Part shown: positions 12,894 to 23,843 of the stretch, piece by piece
Layout of the letters: each line of letters opens with the position of its first letter
Position numbering within the stretch: the stretch's first letter is position 1
NCBI GenBank assembly: GCA_964016885.1
Contig: OZ024746.1
Location: 90,768,001 to 90,832,000, forward strand
Direction: 5' to 3'
DNA length: 64,000 bases
Source of the DNA: Eledone cirrhosa
Taxonomy: Eukaryota
Notes under the pieces: model-generated
The model's database searches: none
Told to the model about the DNA's origin: nothing
The model's input: only the letters and a program-made list of their open reading frames with translations
Translations under genes and position numbers: made by a program

Positions 12894-13629
12894 CCCGTGG
12901 TTATAGAGTGACAGGAATCTATCCAACTTAATACTGCTTCACATAAACCACACATATCATAAGCTTTTCACTCTCAGCATGTGATTTCTGTCTTATAAAC
13001 TTCACCCCTATCATTATATTGTCTTCAACTTTCAATTTCTTTTCTTATATATTTCATCTTTTTTCCCGTCCCACCTCTATTCTTCTACTTCTTCGCCTCA
13101 AATGCTTTTTACCTTTTCTTTTTTTACACTGTTTTCTGTTTTGTTTGCCCTCCCATCGTCATTTAAACTGAGATATCGCTTCATTCTATGTAAGTTATTG
13201 ATTATTTTCACAATAGACTGCAAATGTCATCGTTGGTTGGGAAAGAAGAAAGATATTATTGAAAGATAAGTAAAACTTTTAACAATCTACAGAATAGCAA
13301 ACCTCACTATGTACGAATGGTAAATGCAAATGCAATCTTTTAACCTTAGCGTTTCACCTTTTGTTATGAAGGAAGCTTGCATTAAGACAAGACTACACAC
13401 ACATACACATGTATATTCTTTCTTTTCAATGGCTGACAATACCTTACCGGCGCCACTCGAATAACGTAGTTATTTAACCCATAAATGGGTCCCTAACAAG
13501 TACTACTACTCTGGGCCAGAGCAGACCTGGGAGTTATGACAACTAAGGGGTAACTCCACATTCCCCACAGCTCTGGAACTCCCGAACTGGAGCCTTGCCA
13601 CTGGATGTAGTTTAATGTCATACCCACAC

Positions 13630-13664
<35 letters not shown>

Positions 13665-13717
13665 AAAACATATATATATATATATATATATACATAAAAA
13701 CTCAGATTATATATATA

Positions 13718-13787
<70 letters not shown>

Positions 13788-13831
13788 GATAATCTGATTT
13801 TTTCGAATATGGTAAAAAGTTCCCAGTTCCA

Positions 13832-13994
13832 CACTGTAAATGTGGTTGGTGTTAGGAAGGGCATCCAGCCATAGAAAACCTGCCAGATAGTCCTATGTGA
13901 GTGAGACACGGTCACCCGACCAGCTTTGCCTCAAGTGGGACAATTCCCGTCTAACCCATGCTAGCGTGGAAGATGGACGTTAAACGAAGATGAC

Positions 13995-14024
<30 letters not shown>
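13832..14024 (+). mobile_element. RTE-related SINE/LINE 3' portion with (GAT)n tail
   Basis: gtggttggtgttaggaagggcatccagcc...ctaacccatgctagcgtggaa...ggacgttaaacga followed by (gat)n. Confidence 0.65.
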
Positions 14025-14026
<2 letters not shown>

Positions 14027-14212
14027 CTACTACAGGCACAAGGACAGCACAATTATCCCAGTGTATTACTGGTACTTTATTTTATCGACCCCATAAGGAT
14101 GAAAAGCAAAGTTAACCTTGGTGAGATTTGAACTCAGACCATAAAGGGCCGTAACTCTTTGCTGCAAAGGATGGTGTCAGACCCTCTACTGATACTGCCA
14201 ATCTACTGCCAC
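14024..14212 (-). mobile_element. SINE family A
   Basis: Full head, core and tail. Confidence 0.85.
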
Positions 14213-14476
14213 CGAATATTAATAATAATATTCGATTCGTTTGCAATTATACAAACAGTCTCTTTTAAAGCCATGTCAGAAAATGAGCCCCTCATTCTTG
14301 CTCTTGTGTTGACATGTAAACAGAACTGCAGACACTAATATTTCTGGGTATCACCCTTCATCAGTGCAGTTCACTGTTCACCTGTCAACTGGCAGAGTTA
14401 GTGAAAATATATGCTATTTTCTAAAATATACAGTGACTGATCAGCCTGATTTGCATATTAGCAGACTGGCCAGTCA

Positions 14477-14712
14477 GATGGTGGTGGTGGTGGTGGTGGG
14501 GTTGGTGGTGGTAGTTGTGGTGGTGGTGGTGATAGTTGCGGGGTTGGTGGTGGTAGTTGTGGTGGTGTTGGTGGTGGTGGGGTTGGTGGTGGTAGTTGTG
14601 GTGATGGTAGTTGTGGTGGTGGTGATAGTTGTGGTGGTGGTGTTGGTGGTGGTGGTCCTCATGGTGATGATAGTTGTGGTGGTGGTGGTGATAGTTGTGG
14701 TGGTGGTAATGA
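14477..14712. repeat. (GGT)n-rich tract
   Basis: Direct inspection. Confidence 0.95.
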
Positions 14713-14844
14713 TAAATAAATTAGAAGAAAATCAGGAAAAAAATAGAATAAATAAAGTAAAAATAAAAAAAAGAATTTTTTTCTCAAATTTTGAATTAAA
14801 AAATTTTAAAATTAAAATTTCAAAATTCTAATATCTCAAATCCG

Positions 14845-15271
14845 GAAGCTCATCAGGCCGGTGTTTATCCCGGTGTTTGTGGTGTTAAGTGACGACAGTA
14901 CAAGACTTCTCTCTGGAAAGGATGCCAGTCAATCGTAGGGTTAAACCTCCAGTTATTACTGGTATTCATTTTCAGCTGAGTATACTGGAGCAATGTGAAA
15001 TGAAGTGTTTTGCTCAAGAACACAACACACAACCCAGACCAGGAATCGAACACAACATTATGATCGTAAGACCAACACCCTTACCACTAGACCACACATC
15101 TCCACAGAACACAACACACAACCCAGACCAGGAATCGAACACAACATTATGATCGTAAGACCAACACCCTTACCACTAGGCCACACATCTCCACAGAACA
15201 CAACACACAACCCAGCCCAGGAATCGAACACACAACATTATGATCGTAAGACCAACACCCTTACCACTAGG
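14845..15271 (-). mobile_element. tRNA-derived SINE family B with triplicated tRNA head (3 x 89 bp)
   Basis: Reverse strand has ctagtggtaagggtg (A box), gttcgattcc (B box) and ttgtgttcttgagcaaaacacttcatttcac. Head units start near 15017, 15106 and 15195. Confidence 0.85.
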
Positions 15272-16511
15272 TATTTATTCCGGCTCACCGTACCCTCAAT
15301 TTAAACCCAACAGAGTTCAACTTTGCTTTTCATCTTTTCAAGGTCATAAATAAAGTGCAAGTCCAGTAGTGGGATAGCTTTTTCATATTTCCTTCCTTCC
15401 TTTCTTCTCTCCTTCTCTCTCCCCTTCTCTCTCTGTGGAAATAATCGGTTGTGTTCCAATCTGGAGAGAGATGTGCTCAGCCAGATTGAAAATACCCAAG
15501 ACACGTGTCCTGATGGCACCCCTACGACTTCACCAGGAGTTAAGGACCCTTTACTTTTCTTTCCCTTCCATTCCATGGAATTTATATGCGGGAAGAGTGT
15601 AACGAAAAACTGTCTGCAAGTTACTCTACAGTCGAGTAGGCACCTGATGAGCTGTCGAGTAGGCAGCTGGTGAGCTGTCGAGTAGGCACCTGACGAGGCC
15701 TGCAGCTCAGAGCAAGCATATAATAGTTTCTGATTTAGACACAAGGCCAACAGAGCATATAACACAACTGAAACTACGTTATCTTTAACGATGTACTTAT
15801 AGGATAACGTTATCAATGCCGGATAAAGACACATCTATGGGATTTATAAAGTGTTCCAATGCAGTCTATTAGCGATTGGAATACGTAAATGTTCAAGAGA
15901 CTTGAATGGTGTTAAAATTTATCTAGCAATATATCGTACCGACATAAACAGTTGTCGTAACCACTGAGATTCCATAGACTGGCTTAAAATATGTTTTGTA
16001 CCATAAACCGGATAACATTGCACGTCTGCTGGCTTATCGGAAGACTGCAATATCCTTACGTTGGCCGTCCAGTTCTTAAAGCTGAACTACTGTCTAAGAA
16101 ATATGTAAATACTTACCTCCCAAGCCGTATATCCTTTATCAATTTCAAAAGGCTATGAGTGGGTGCCACCCGCTTCTCGTGAAACACCTACTTGAGTTGA
16201 ACAATTCAGAAACATTTACCATATATTTTGTTATGAGAAATATGCATTAATTTGTTGCTACTGATTAGGGAAAAGTAAATATCGTCACAGCAAAGAAGCC
16301 ATAAATTGTAGCCTGTCTGGAAGTTTTAGAATATGCCTGATGAACATATTGGCAATGGCTTCAAGGGTTTTATGTCTACCAACATAGAAAGAAATAGTTT
16401 GTCAGTTACTATATACGCAAAATAATTTTACTGAAGGTACTACCAAGAATATAGGAAGCACACTTAATATAATCGATGGAAAATAAAAGACAGCTCAGCA
16501 CGTGACTGTGG

Positions 16512-16683
16512 ACAGGGCCCCCAAAATAAATTTTGCAAGGTGGTACAAGATCCCTCTAGGGCCCGAATCAGGCAAATATTATTCTAAAAACGGATGTTGC
16601 ATGGTTGCTGTGGGACCTTCTTAGTTCTTGGGCTCCAGAACAAAGTACCTGCTGGACCCCCTCTCATACTCTCATAGGCCCTG
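16512..16683. mobile_element. Small TIR element (cagggcc...ggccctg), with a related copy at about 60692-60835
   Basis: Short inverted termini. The body aaattttgcaaggtggtacaaga... is shared with 60692-60835. Confidence 0.55.
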
Positions 16684-16830
16684 ACTGTAGGGACCCTGAC
16701 CACACAGTACTGCATGATGTTCGGGATTGCCCCCTCAGGCATTTTCCAGGCGGCCTGGAGGCTATCCTTAATGCTACAAATGATACCTTGGCCTGGCTCG
16801 CTGGTCACGACATCTCTAGCTACTTTGTAT
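16680..16830 (+). mobile_element. LINE 3' fragment (C-terminal CCHC-knuckle region, I/Ingi-like group)
   Basis: PDCRDPDHTVLHDVRDCPLRHFPGGLEAILNATNDTLAWL resembles the CxC..QT..H...CP.R.F.GG......WL LINE C-terminus. Confidence 0.55.
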
Positions 16831-17210
16831 ATGTCATATCTTGACCTGCCTCTCTAGTTACTCTGTAAATGTCATATGACAAGAATTAGCAGTATGATAA
16901 GGAAAGGATTAACCTTGCGTTTCTAACGAAAGACACTGCTAATGATTTTCAAATAATTTTGAAAATAATCAAGAATTTAGAGGGATTTAGTAATGTAGCT
17001 AACTTTATTATTAAGTTGGAGTTTGGAACATAACTTAACAACATTTTTTACATAACAATTTAAGCCTGGGGACAATCCATAATGCTGCAAATGGCGCCTT
17101 GGTCTCCGCCTACCTCTCTACGACAAGAAGAATACTTAATGAAGGAAATCTGACTGAGTGAACGAACTTTGACGACGAAGCAACGCTTATAATATATTTT
17201 AAATCCTACC

Positions 17211-17242
<32 letters not shown>

Positions 17243-17999
17243 AAACAAAGAAAAACAAAAAAATAAAACAATAAAATGGACAGCAAAGATGGAGAAAAAG
17301 TTAGTATTGATGAGTTGACGAGGGAACTAATAAAAAGATTAGAAGTACGTGACTTCGTGACAGAACCAATACTAGAAAATTACCATTTGATGCATGAAAA
17401 ACTATAGAGAGAAAGGTCAAAGCATATGGAATGACTTCGCCTGGATATGTTCAAGAATATAATAAAGAATATTATGTATCAGAAGAGTAGTTTTGAATTT
17501 CCAATTCTTTCAACATCAAGTAACCTGGACACGCCATCTGCTATACGTATTTCAATCTTCTGATGTTTCTTCTGTCTGCAGGAAAAAAAAAAAACATGTA
17601 GGGATCGTGAGAGTCCTTCTCTTCCAGAACTTTCTGTTGAATTATGTAGTGCAGCTTTGAGAGTGCTTCCTATGCAGTAGTCTGTACAATTGTATAAGAG
17701 CTGAAACTGGTAAGGCTGACTATGAAGGAGTGATGCTAGAGCTAGGGCTCGATTTAATGGGGAGCAAAGAGAGCAACTGCCACGCCCCCTCGATCGCACC
17801 AGCGACGGCCGTAGCAATTTATTTGTGTCCTTAGCTGGGCTTTTTATTTTTAGGATGGTTAGAATTTTTTAATTTAATACCTGTATGTGTATCTTTTCAA
17901 TCCTAATTACTTGCGCCAAGCTAACTTTGATATCTAAAAATGTGTGTGTGTGTGTGTGTGTGAGGAAGGAGGGGGGTTGCTGTCTATTATTATTTTTTG

Positions 18000-18131
18000 T
18001 GTATGCATTAAATTCAACTCTTATATAAATAACTATTATTTTCTCCAGGGACTCTGTTGAAAAATAAACCTCATTTGGTCATTCCATGAGAGTATGTTGG
18101 TCTGCTATGAAGTTTTCAGCCGACCCTCGTA
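18000..18131. mobile_element. Mariner-type MITE (same family as 6013), opposite orientation, partial
   Basis: aaaaataaacctcatttggtcattccatgagagtat...gaagttttcagccgaccctcg-TA. Confidence 0.8.
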
Positions 18132-18816
18132 TATCTGTAGCTGAATGGTAAAGGAGTTCGTTTGGCAAGCATACAGCCCCGGGTTCGATCCCTGTTTAGT
18201 ATCGTGGGCAAGTGTTATTTACCACGGATCGACTCACGCCATGTCAGTGAAACTGGCTAGAAGGAAACTGCTTGGAAACTCGTTAAATAGATTGTATCTG
18301 TAATTCAAAGACCCAGTCACATACAGTCTGTTCGCTTTTTACTCGAAGATATATTCGTGAACGCGGCGCGTAAAGTAAATTCGCGTAATTCAAGACTAAT
18401 TTTCTCATTTAAATTAATGAAAATGCTCAAGGAAAATGCAAAGTCCGACAAAGGTAAAATTGATAAAGTACAGTATTAACATATATATTAATTGACATAT
18501 ACAGTCAACAGTCAGCAGGATAGGAAGAGAAACTGGTATAAAGATAAACAGGCTGACGGAAAGATAAACTGACAGGCGAAAGATAAGAAAGAATAGGGAA
18601 ATATAGAGGGGAGGGGGGAGAAAGAAAGAAGAAAAAGAAAGGGAAGGGATTGCAAGAGCTCTGGTGTCGAAGAAGAGAAGAGATAGGTGAAGAGAGAGAT
18701 CCTTCTTGCAATAAGAACAACAATAATAATACAGCACCCAGGTAAGGACAGAGGGCTCTGGGAAATGAAAGGGCGCTAGAGATGATATAATAGTATATTA
18801 AGTATCAAATGATACA

Positions 18817-18883
<67 letters not shown>

Positions 18884-18902
18884 ATTATATATATATATAG
18901 TA

Positions 18903-19098
18903 AAAAAATATTTTTAATTTTCAATGCCCTAGGGCATTGAAAATTAAAAATATTTTTTGCTCAAAACACTCACACGACCATAAGTATTACATATATAAAG
19001 TTTGAAAAAAAATCGTTTGGGTGGTTCTCGAGTTTTAGGGAGACAGACAAACAAACAGAGATTCGTTACTTTATATATAATTATATATAAAGTAACGA
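18903..19098 (-). mobile_element. Non-autonomous Helitron-like 5' fragment bracketed by two perfect palindromes
   Basis: Reverse strand tatatataaag...ctgtttgtttgtctgtc...aactcgagaacc...cgattttttttcaaactt resembles the 5' ends of the Helitrons at 28029 and 52584. Confidence 0.55.
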
Positions 19099-19449
19099 TT
19101 TTATTTATTATATATTATTTACAATTTGCGTAAAGGTAGGTCTTCTCTGGAAATAGGGGTGGGGGCGCTGTGGGTATTACGTGTGTGAGGGGGCGGTGAG
19201 GGTGGCCGTGAGGGAGGGGTGTTCTGAGGGTATTACGTGGCCGTGAGGGGGCGGGGACGCTGTGGGTATTAGGTGGCCTTGAGAGGGGGGGGGGGTTCAA
19301 AAAGTTTAAGGACCTCTGCTTTATACCATATTACAAAAGCAGAAAAAACCTTTTTCCCCACTCAGTTATAATGATATGAAAGAGTAGATATTTAGAACCA
19401 GATTTAACACTAGGAGCTAAACCCTTAAGAAACCTCTCTTAAAATGCCA

Positions 19450-20020
19450 GGTTAGTGCGTCAGCTTGACCAGCACCGCCTCCTATGTTTTCGTTCGGCCT
19501 CGCAACGCAACAGTGCTGTCTGGTTTAATGTCTTAGCTTACTTCTCTATTGGCATGCAGCTGGATAAATTATAGCTTGCGCATCTGGGTTTCCCTGAGGC
19601 TCGGCCTCCGGATCTGCAGGCTAACCCCACCTGCTCGAGTCGGTGGGGCTGGACGGCAAAAGGCCAGACGGCATGACCATCTTCCTCTTCCGCGGTGGTA
19701 AACCCCTCATCTGGTGCAGTCTGCGACTAACCCAGGCTCTGCTGCACTTCGGGCTGAGGAGGTTAAACTCTACAAATATCGAATGCTCTCCGATAGGTTT
19801 GCTGTCGAGCCCCTAGCAGTGGAGACTTCTGGTGGTCTTGGCAGTAAGGCTACTTCCCCACTCATCACCATCGACACAGAACTGGCTAGCAGCAGGTGTG
19901 AGACTCGCGAGCTGGAATGGCTCTTACAGCGTATCTCCCTCACCATTCTCCCTGGAAACGTCTTCTCTATTCTGTTCGCCGGCGCCGCGGGGCGTCCAGC
20001 GATGGACCCCATTTGCTCAT
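19450..20020 (+). mobile_element. CRE-clade (RLE-type) non-LTR retrotransposon 3' relic
   Basis: LRIWVSLRLGLRIC; DGKRPDGMTIFLFRGGKPLIW; AEEVKLYKY; PLAVETSGGLG; WLLQRISLTILPGN (consensus RPDG...WD...K..KY...ET.G..G...QR.S.AIQRGN). Confidence 0.85.
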
Positions 20021-20212
20021 AATAATTGTTTCTACTTTTGAAACAAGACCACCAATTACCCAGTGCATTACTGGTACTTTATTTTATCGACCCCGGTAAG
20101 AATGAAAGGCAAAGTTGACCTCGGCGAGATTTGAACTTAGAATGGCAAGGGCCGTAACTCTATGCGTCAAAGCATGGCATCTGACCCTCTACCGATACTG
20201 CCATCCACCGCC
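20020..20212 (-). mobile_element. SINE family A
   Basis: Full head, core and tail. Confidence 0.85.
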
Positions 20213-20250
20213 ATTTATTTGCTCATAATAATGAGAGATGGGGAGGGCGG

Positions 20251-20525
20251 GAGAGAGGGAGGTGGTGACAGTGTTGTCCTCTCTGTTGGGGCCTGGTGTA
20301 CCTGTGAGAGAGGGAGGTGGTGACAGTGTTGTCCTCTCTGTTGGGGCCTGGTGTACCTGTGAGAGAGGGAGGTGGTGACAGTGTTGTCCTCTCTGTTGGG
20401 GCCTGGTGTACCTGTGAGAGAGGGAGGTGGTGACAGTGTTGTCCTCTCTGTTGGGGCCTGGTGTACCTGTGAGAGAGGGAGGTGGTGACAGTGTTGTCCT
20501 CTCTGTTGGGGCCTGGTGTACCTGT
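20251..20525. repeat. Minisatellite, 5 identical 55-bp units
   Basis: gagagagggaggtggtgacagtgttgtcctctctgttggggcctggtgtacctgt at 20251, 20306, 20361, 20416 and 20471. Confidence 0.97.
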
Positions 20526-20635
20526 GTCACTGATTTATTACCAAAACTACCCACGTTCGGTCAACAATGTTAATTTTTCTGAAGCACCCCGATATGATGT
20601 TATTTTGTTATCAGTAACGTAATTACTGTTCACTG

Positions 20636-20696
<61 letters not shown>

Positions 20697-20863
20697 TAAT
20701 ATGTATGTGATGAAACACAGATACCAACACATCTGTATATATATTGCGAAAGAAAAATTTAGCCAGATTGAAGTATACTAATTATTATACTACAGTTATT
20801 TTTCCTTATTCGAGCTGATTCCATTGTAAAAGAATTCATTACCTTATTAATATATATATATAT

Positions 20864-21603
20864 ATTTTCAGGTCTTTACGAAGGTCCGACTTCCACACCG
20901 ATCTCAAGCTGTGGCACGCCGCCCAGGCCTTGCTCTTCCTCTCAACCACATCATCTTCCGTATTCCCAATCTTTGCTCCCAAATACAGGAAGTCCTCAAC
21001 CAATTCCAGCGGCCTCCCGCCTACATTAGCGATCCCCTTTGGCTTCTCAACATTCTCTACTAGATATTTTGTTTTAGTCTCATTCATTCTCAGCCCCACA
21101 CTCATCGACACAGTCTCAACCTCCCGCATCAAATCCTCTGCCTCCTTCGTAGAGACCTGAAAATCCGCCTCTTCATTGCTGTAGTGGAGTCTGTGCTGCT
21201 GTATGGGTCTGAGACTTGGACACTGACCAAGAAACTCACTCAGATGGTGGATGGGTGCTACACGAGAATGCTGAGGATGGCTCTGAACATTAATCAGTAT
21301 ACACTGAGGATGAAAAACTCAGAGCTGTATGGGAGCATCCCAAAAGCCAGCTCAAAAGTGACACAGAGGAGACTGAGCTTGGCTGGACATGCTCACCGAC
21401 ATCCAGAGTTGACATTGCACTCAGTACTCCTTTGGGAGCCCCTACATGGACACACTAGAAGAGGAAGACCAAGGTTAACGTATGTTGATGCCCTAAGGAC
21501 AGACACTGGTCTGTTGGAGATGCAGGACATGGCAGCGATAATGAGGGACAGAGACCGCTGGAGAGAACTCGTCCATGGATCTCGGGAATTTTACCCGCCT
21601 TAG
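20864..21603 (+). mobile_element. RTE-like LINE 3' end with 5' inversion, inserted in (TA)n
   Basis: The minus segment (GLRMNETKTK...FLYLG...RKDLKI) and plus segment (DLKIRLF...LLYGSETW...RRGRPR...DRDRWR) are contiguous parts of one RT C-terminus. Confidence 0.92.
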
Positions 21604-22264
21604 ATATATATATATATATATATAGTAATAATAATAAATTTGAAGACTAAAATCCAAAGAGGGCTCGATAAGGATAAATATATATCAAATATATAAGAAC
21701 CGTAGAGCAAATATTTATTAAAATAACAGATTAAAGTTTAAGCAAAGAATCGCTGCTTTCACCCTTAACGGGATCTTCTGAAACTAACAAAGTCAATCTG
21801 TAAACGCAGAAGTGGATATTTCAAAAAACGTTGCAACCGGAGGAAGACAGGAAGACGATACTTTGGTTCGTGGAAACGTTCGCTGGCAAAGAACGGGATT
21901 ATAACCAGTGTGTGTTATAATTAGTCAATTCATCAGAGCATGAATTGACTGGTTATAACAAAGTATTGGTGATCGATTGACGCAAAAACAGGCGGGTAGC
22001 GATCTCTAGACCTACCAGTTCAGAGAAACAATTGTCAGCAATGAGAATAAAGCCCTTATTGTATAGCAAACCATGTCACTCTTCTTTCTTGATTTATTAT
22101 TACTCCAAGTGTAAACAACATAGAAATCACCGCGTACTCGCAGCATCACTATGGAAACGTCTTGTTGAGTCAAAGTTAGCCAAGCGTTAATACTATCCAC
22201 TACTCGGAGTACCCTAACTGGAGTACATCTAAGTGGACTACCTATACCAATAATTTGTTAGCCC

Positions 22265-22303
<39 letters not shown>

Positions 22304-22347
22304 TGTATATATATATATGTGTTTGTGTGTGTGCGTGTGTGTGTATA

Positions 22348-22417
<70 letters not shown>

Positions 22418-22462
22418 TGTATATATATATATATGTGTTTGTGTGTGTATAAGTGGTGTGTG

Positions 22463-22525
<63 letters not shown>

Positions 22526-22532
22526 GTGTATA

Positions 22533-22564
<32 letters not shown>

Positions 22565-22887
22565 CATTCACATTTATATATATATATGTGTGTATATATA
22601 CATATGTATATATATGTATGTATATATGTATATGTATATATATATGTTTGTGTGTGTGTATGTGTATTCAGTGTCGTTTCCTGCATGAATACCTACAATG
22701 CATTCTTAAGATATATAAATTAATGCCAATCCGATTTTAATAGGTTTTTCATTTTTTATGAGAGACACCTGGTAGATCTATCCTATATGTACTCTACATT
22801 ACGGTTTGGATTATTAAAATTGCATGATCCGCTTTATGTACTAACTTACATATACTTGAGAGTGTTTGTTTATATATATATATATAT

Positions 22888-23206
22888 ATGGCTCTGAACA
22901 TTAATCGGTATACACTGAGGATGAAAAACTCAGAGCTGTATGGGAGCCTCCCAAAAGTCAGCTCAAATGTGACACAGAGGAGACTGAGGTTAGCTGGACG
23001 TGCTCACCGACATGCAGAGTTGACATTGCATTCAGTGCTCCTGTGGGAGCCTCTACATGGACACACTGGAAGAGGAAGAGCAAGGTTAACGTATGTTGAT
23101 GCCCTAAGGACAGATACTGGTCTCTTGGAGGCGCAGGACATGGCATCGATAATGAGACCGATGGAGAGAACTCGTCCATGGATCTCGGGAATTTTACCCG
23201 CCCTAG
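22888..23206 (+). mobile_element. Second, shorter 5'-truncated copy of the same LINE, inserted in (TA)n
   Basis: Highly similar to 21277-21603, with (TA)n on both sides. Confidence 0.92.
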
Positions 23207-23264
23207 ATATATATATATATATATATATATTGGCTTCACGCTCACAATAATTTCTATACTTTTC

Positions 23265-23315
<51 letters not shown>

Positions 23316-23451
23316 TAACAGATTTAAGTTCTTATATATTTGATATAAATTTTTCCTTATCGAACCCTCTTTGGAATTTAGTTTTCAAATTTATTATTAT
23401 TACTATATATAAATATGGTGGAGAAAACAAGACTTTTAAGAATAAATTCTA

Positions 23452-23560
23452 TTCCTGACACAGTGTTTCATCCTCTGGGTATAATCGATAATCGTATGGA
23501 GGAAATAAATGAGATTTATATACCTCCGTAGAATTGTACCCGTTAGATTCTTCAGAGGAA
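23452..23560 (-). ncRNA. Type I hammerhead ribozyme with long stem II (Penelope-like terminal repeat context)
   Basis: Minus strand: uuccu-CUGAAGA-auc..gggua....uaccc..gau-GAAA-cac u gug-UC-aggaa. Stem I uuccu/aggaa, GUC cleavage triplet. Confidence 0.75.
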
Positions 23561-23654
23561 AGTTTTGTTTGTTTTTAATGTTACAAAAGGCATAGGCCGA
23601 ACGACATGCAAAATAACTGGCTTCACGTTCAGGAACAACTCAGTCATTATGATA

Positions 23655-23843
23655 TGGTGAATTGGCAGTATCGGTAGAGGGTCGGACGCCCATGCTTTGA
23701 CGTATGGAGTTACGGCCCTTGCCATTCTGAGTTCAAATCCCGCCGAGGTTAACTTTGCCTTTCATCCTTACGGGGTCGATAAAATAAAGTACAAGTAATA
23801 CACTGGGTAATTGCTGGCCTTGTGCCAAACGTAGAAACAATTG
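23655..23843 (+). mobile_element. SINE family A
   Basis: Full head, core and tail. Confidence 0.88.

Noticed and set aside
14364-14831. Hydrophobic poly-Val ORF resembling a membrane protein (also 43633-44016)
   Set aside because: Derived from (GGT)n/(GTT)n simple repeats.
15628-15697. Three approximately 23-bp repeats containing ctgatgag/ctgacgag
   Set aside because: No downstream GAAA or stems. Treated as a short tandem duplication.
16109-16118. ATACTTACCT matches the U1 snRNA 5' end
   Set aside because: The downstream sequence is not U1. It is simply the reverse complement of a splice-donor consensus.
18135-18195. tRNA-like sequence
   Set aside because: A and B boxes continue into a SINE body with no complete cloverleaf. 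It is a SINE head, like the other tRNA-like hits.
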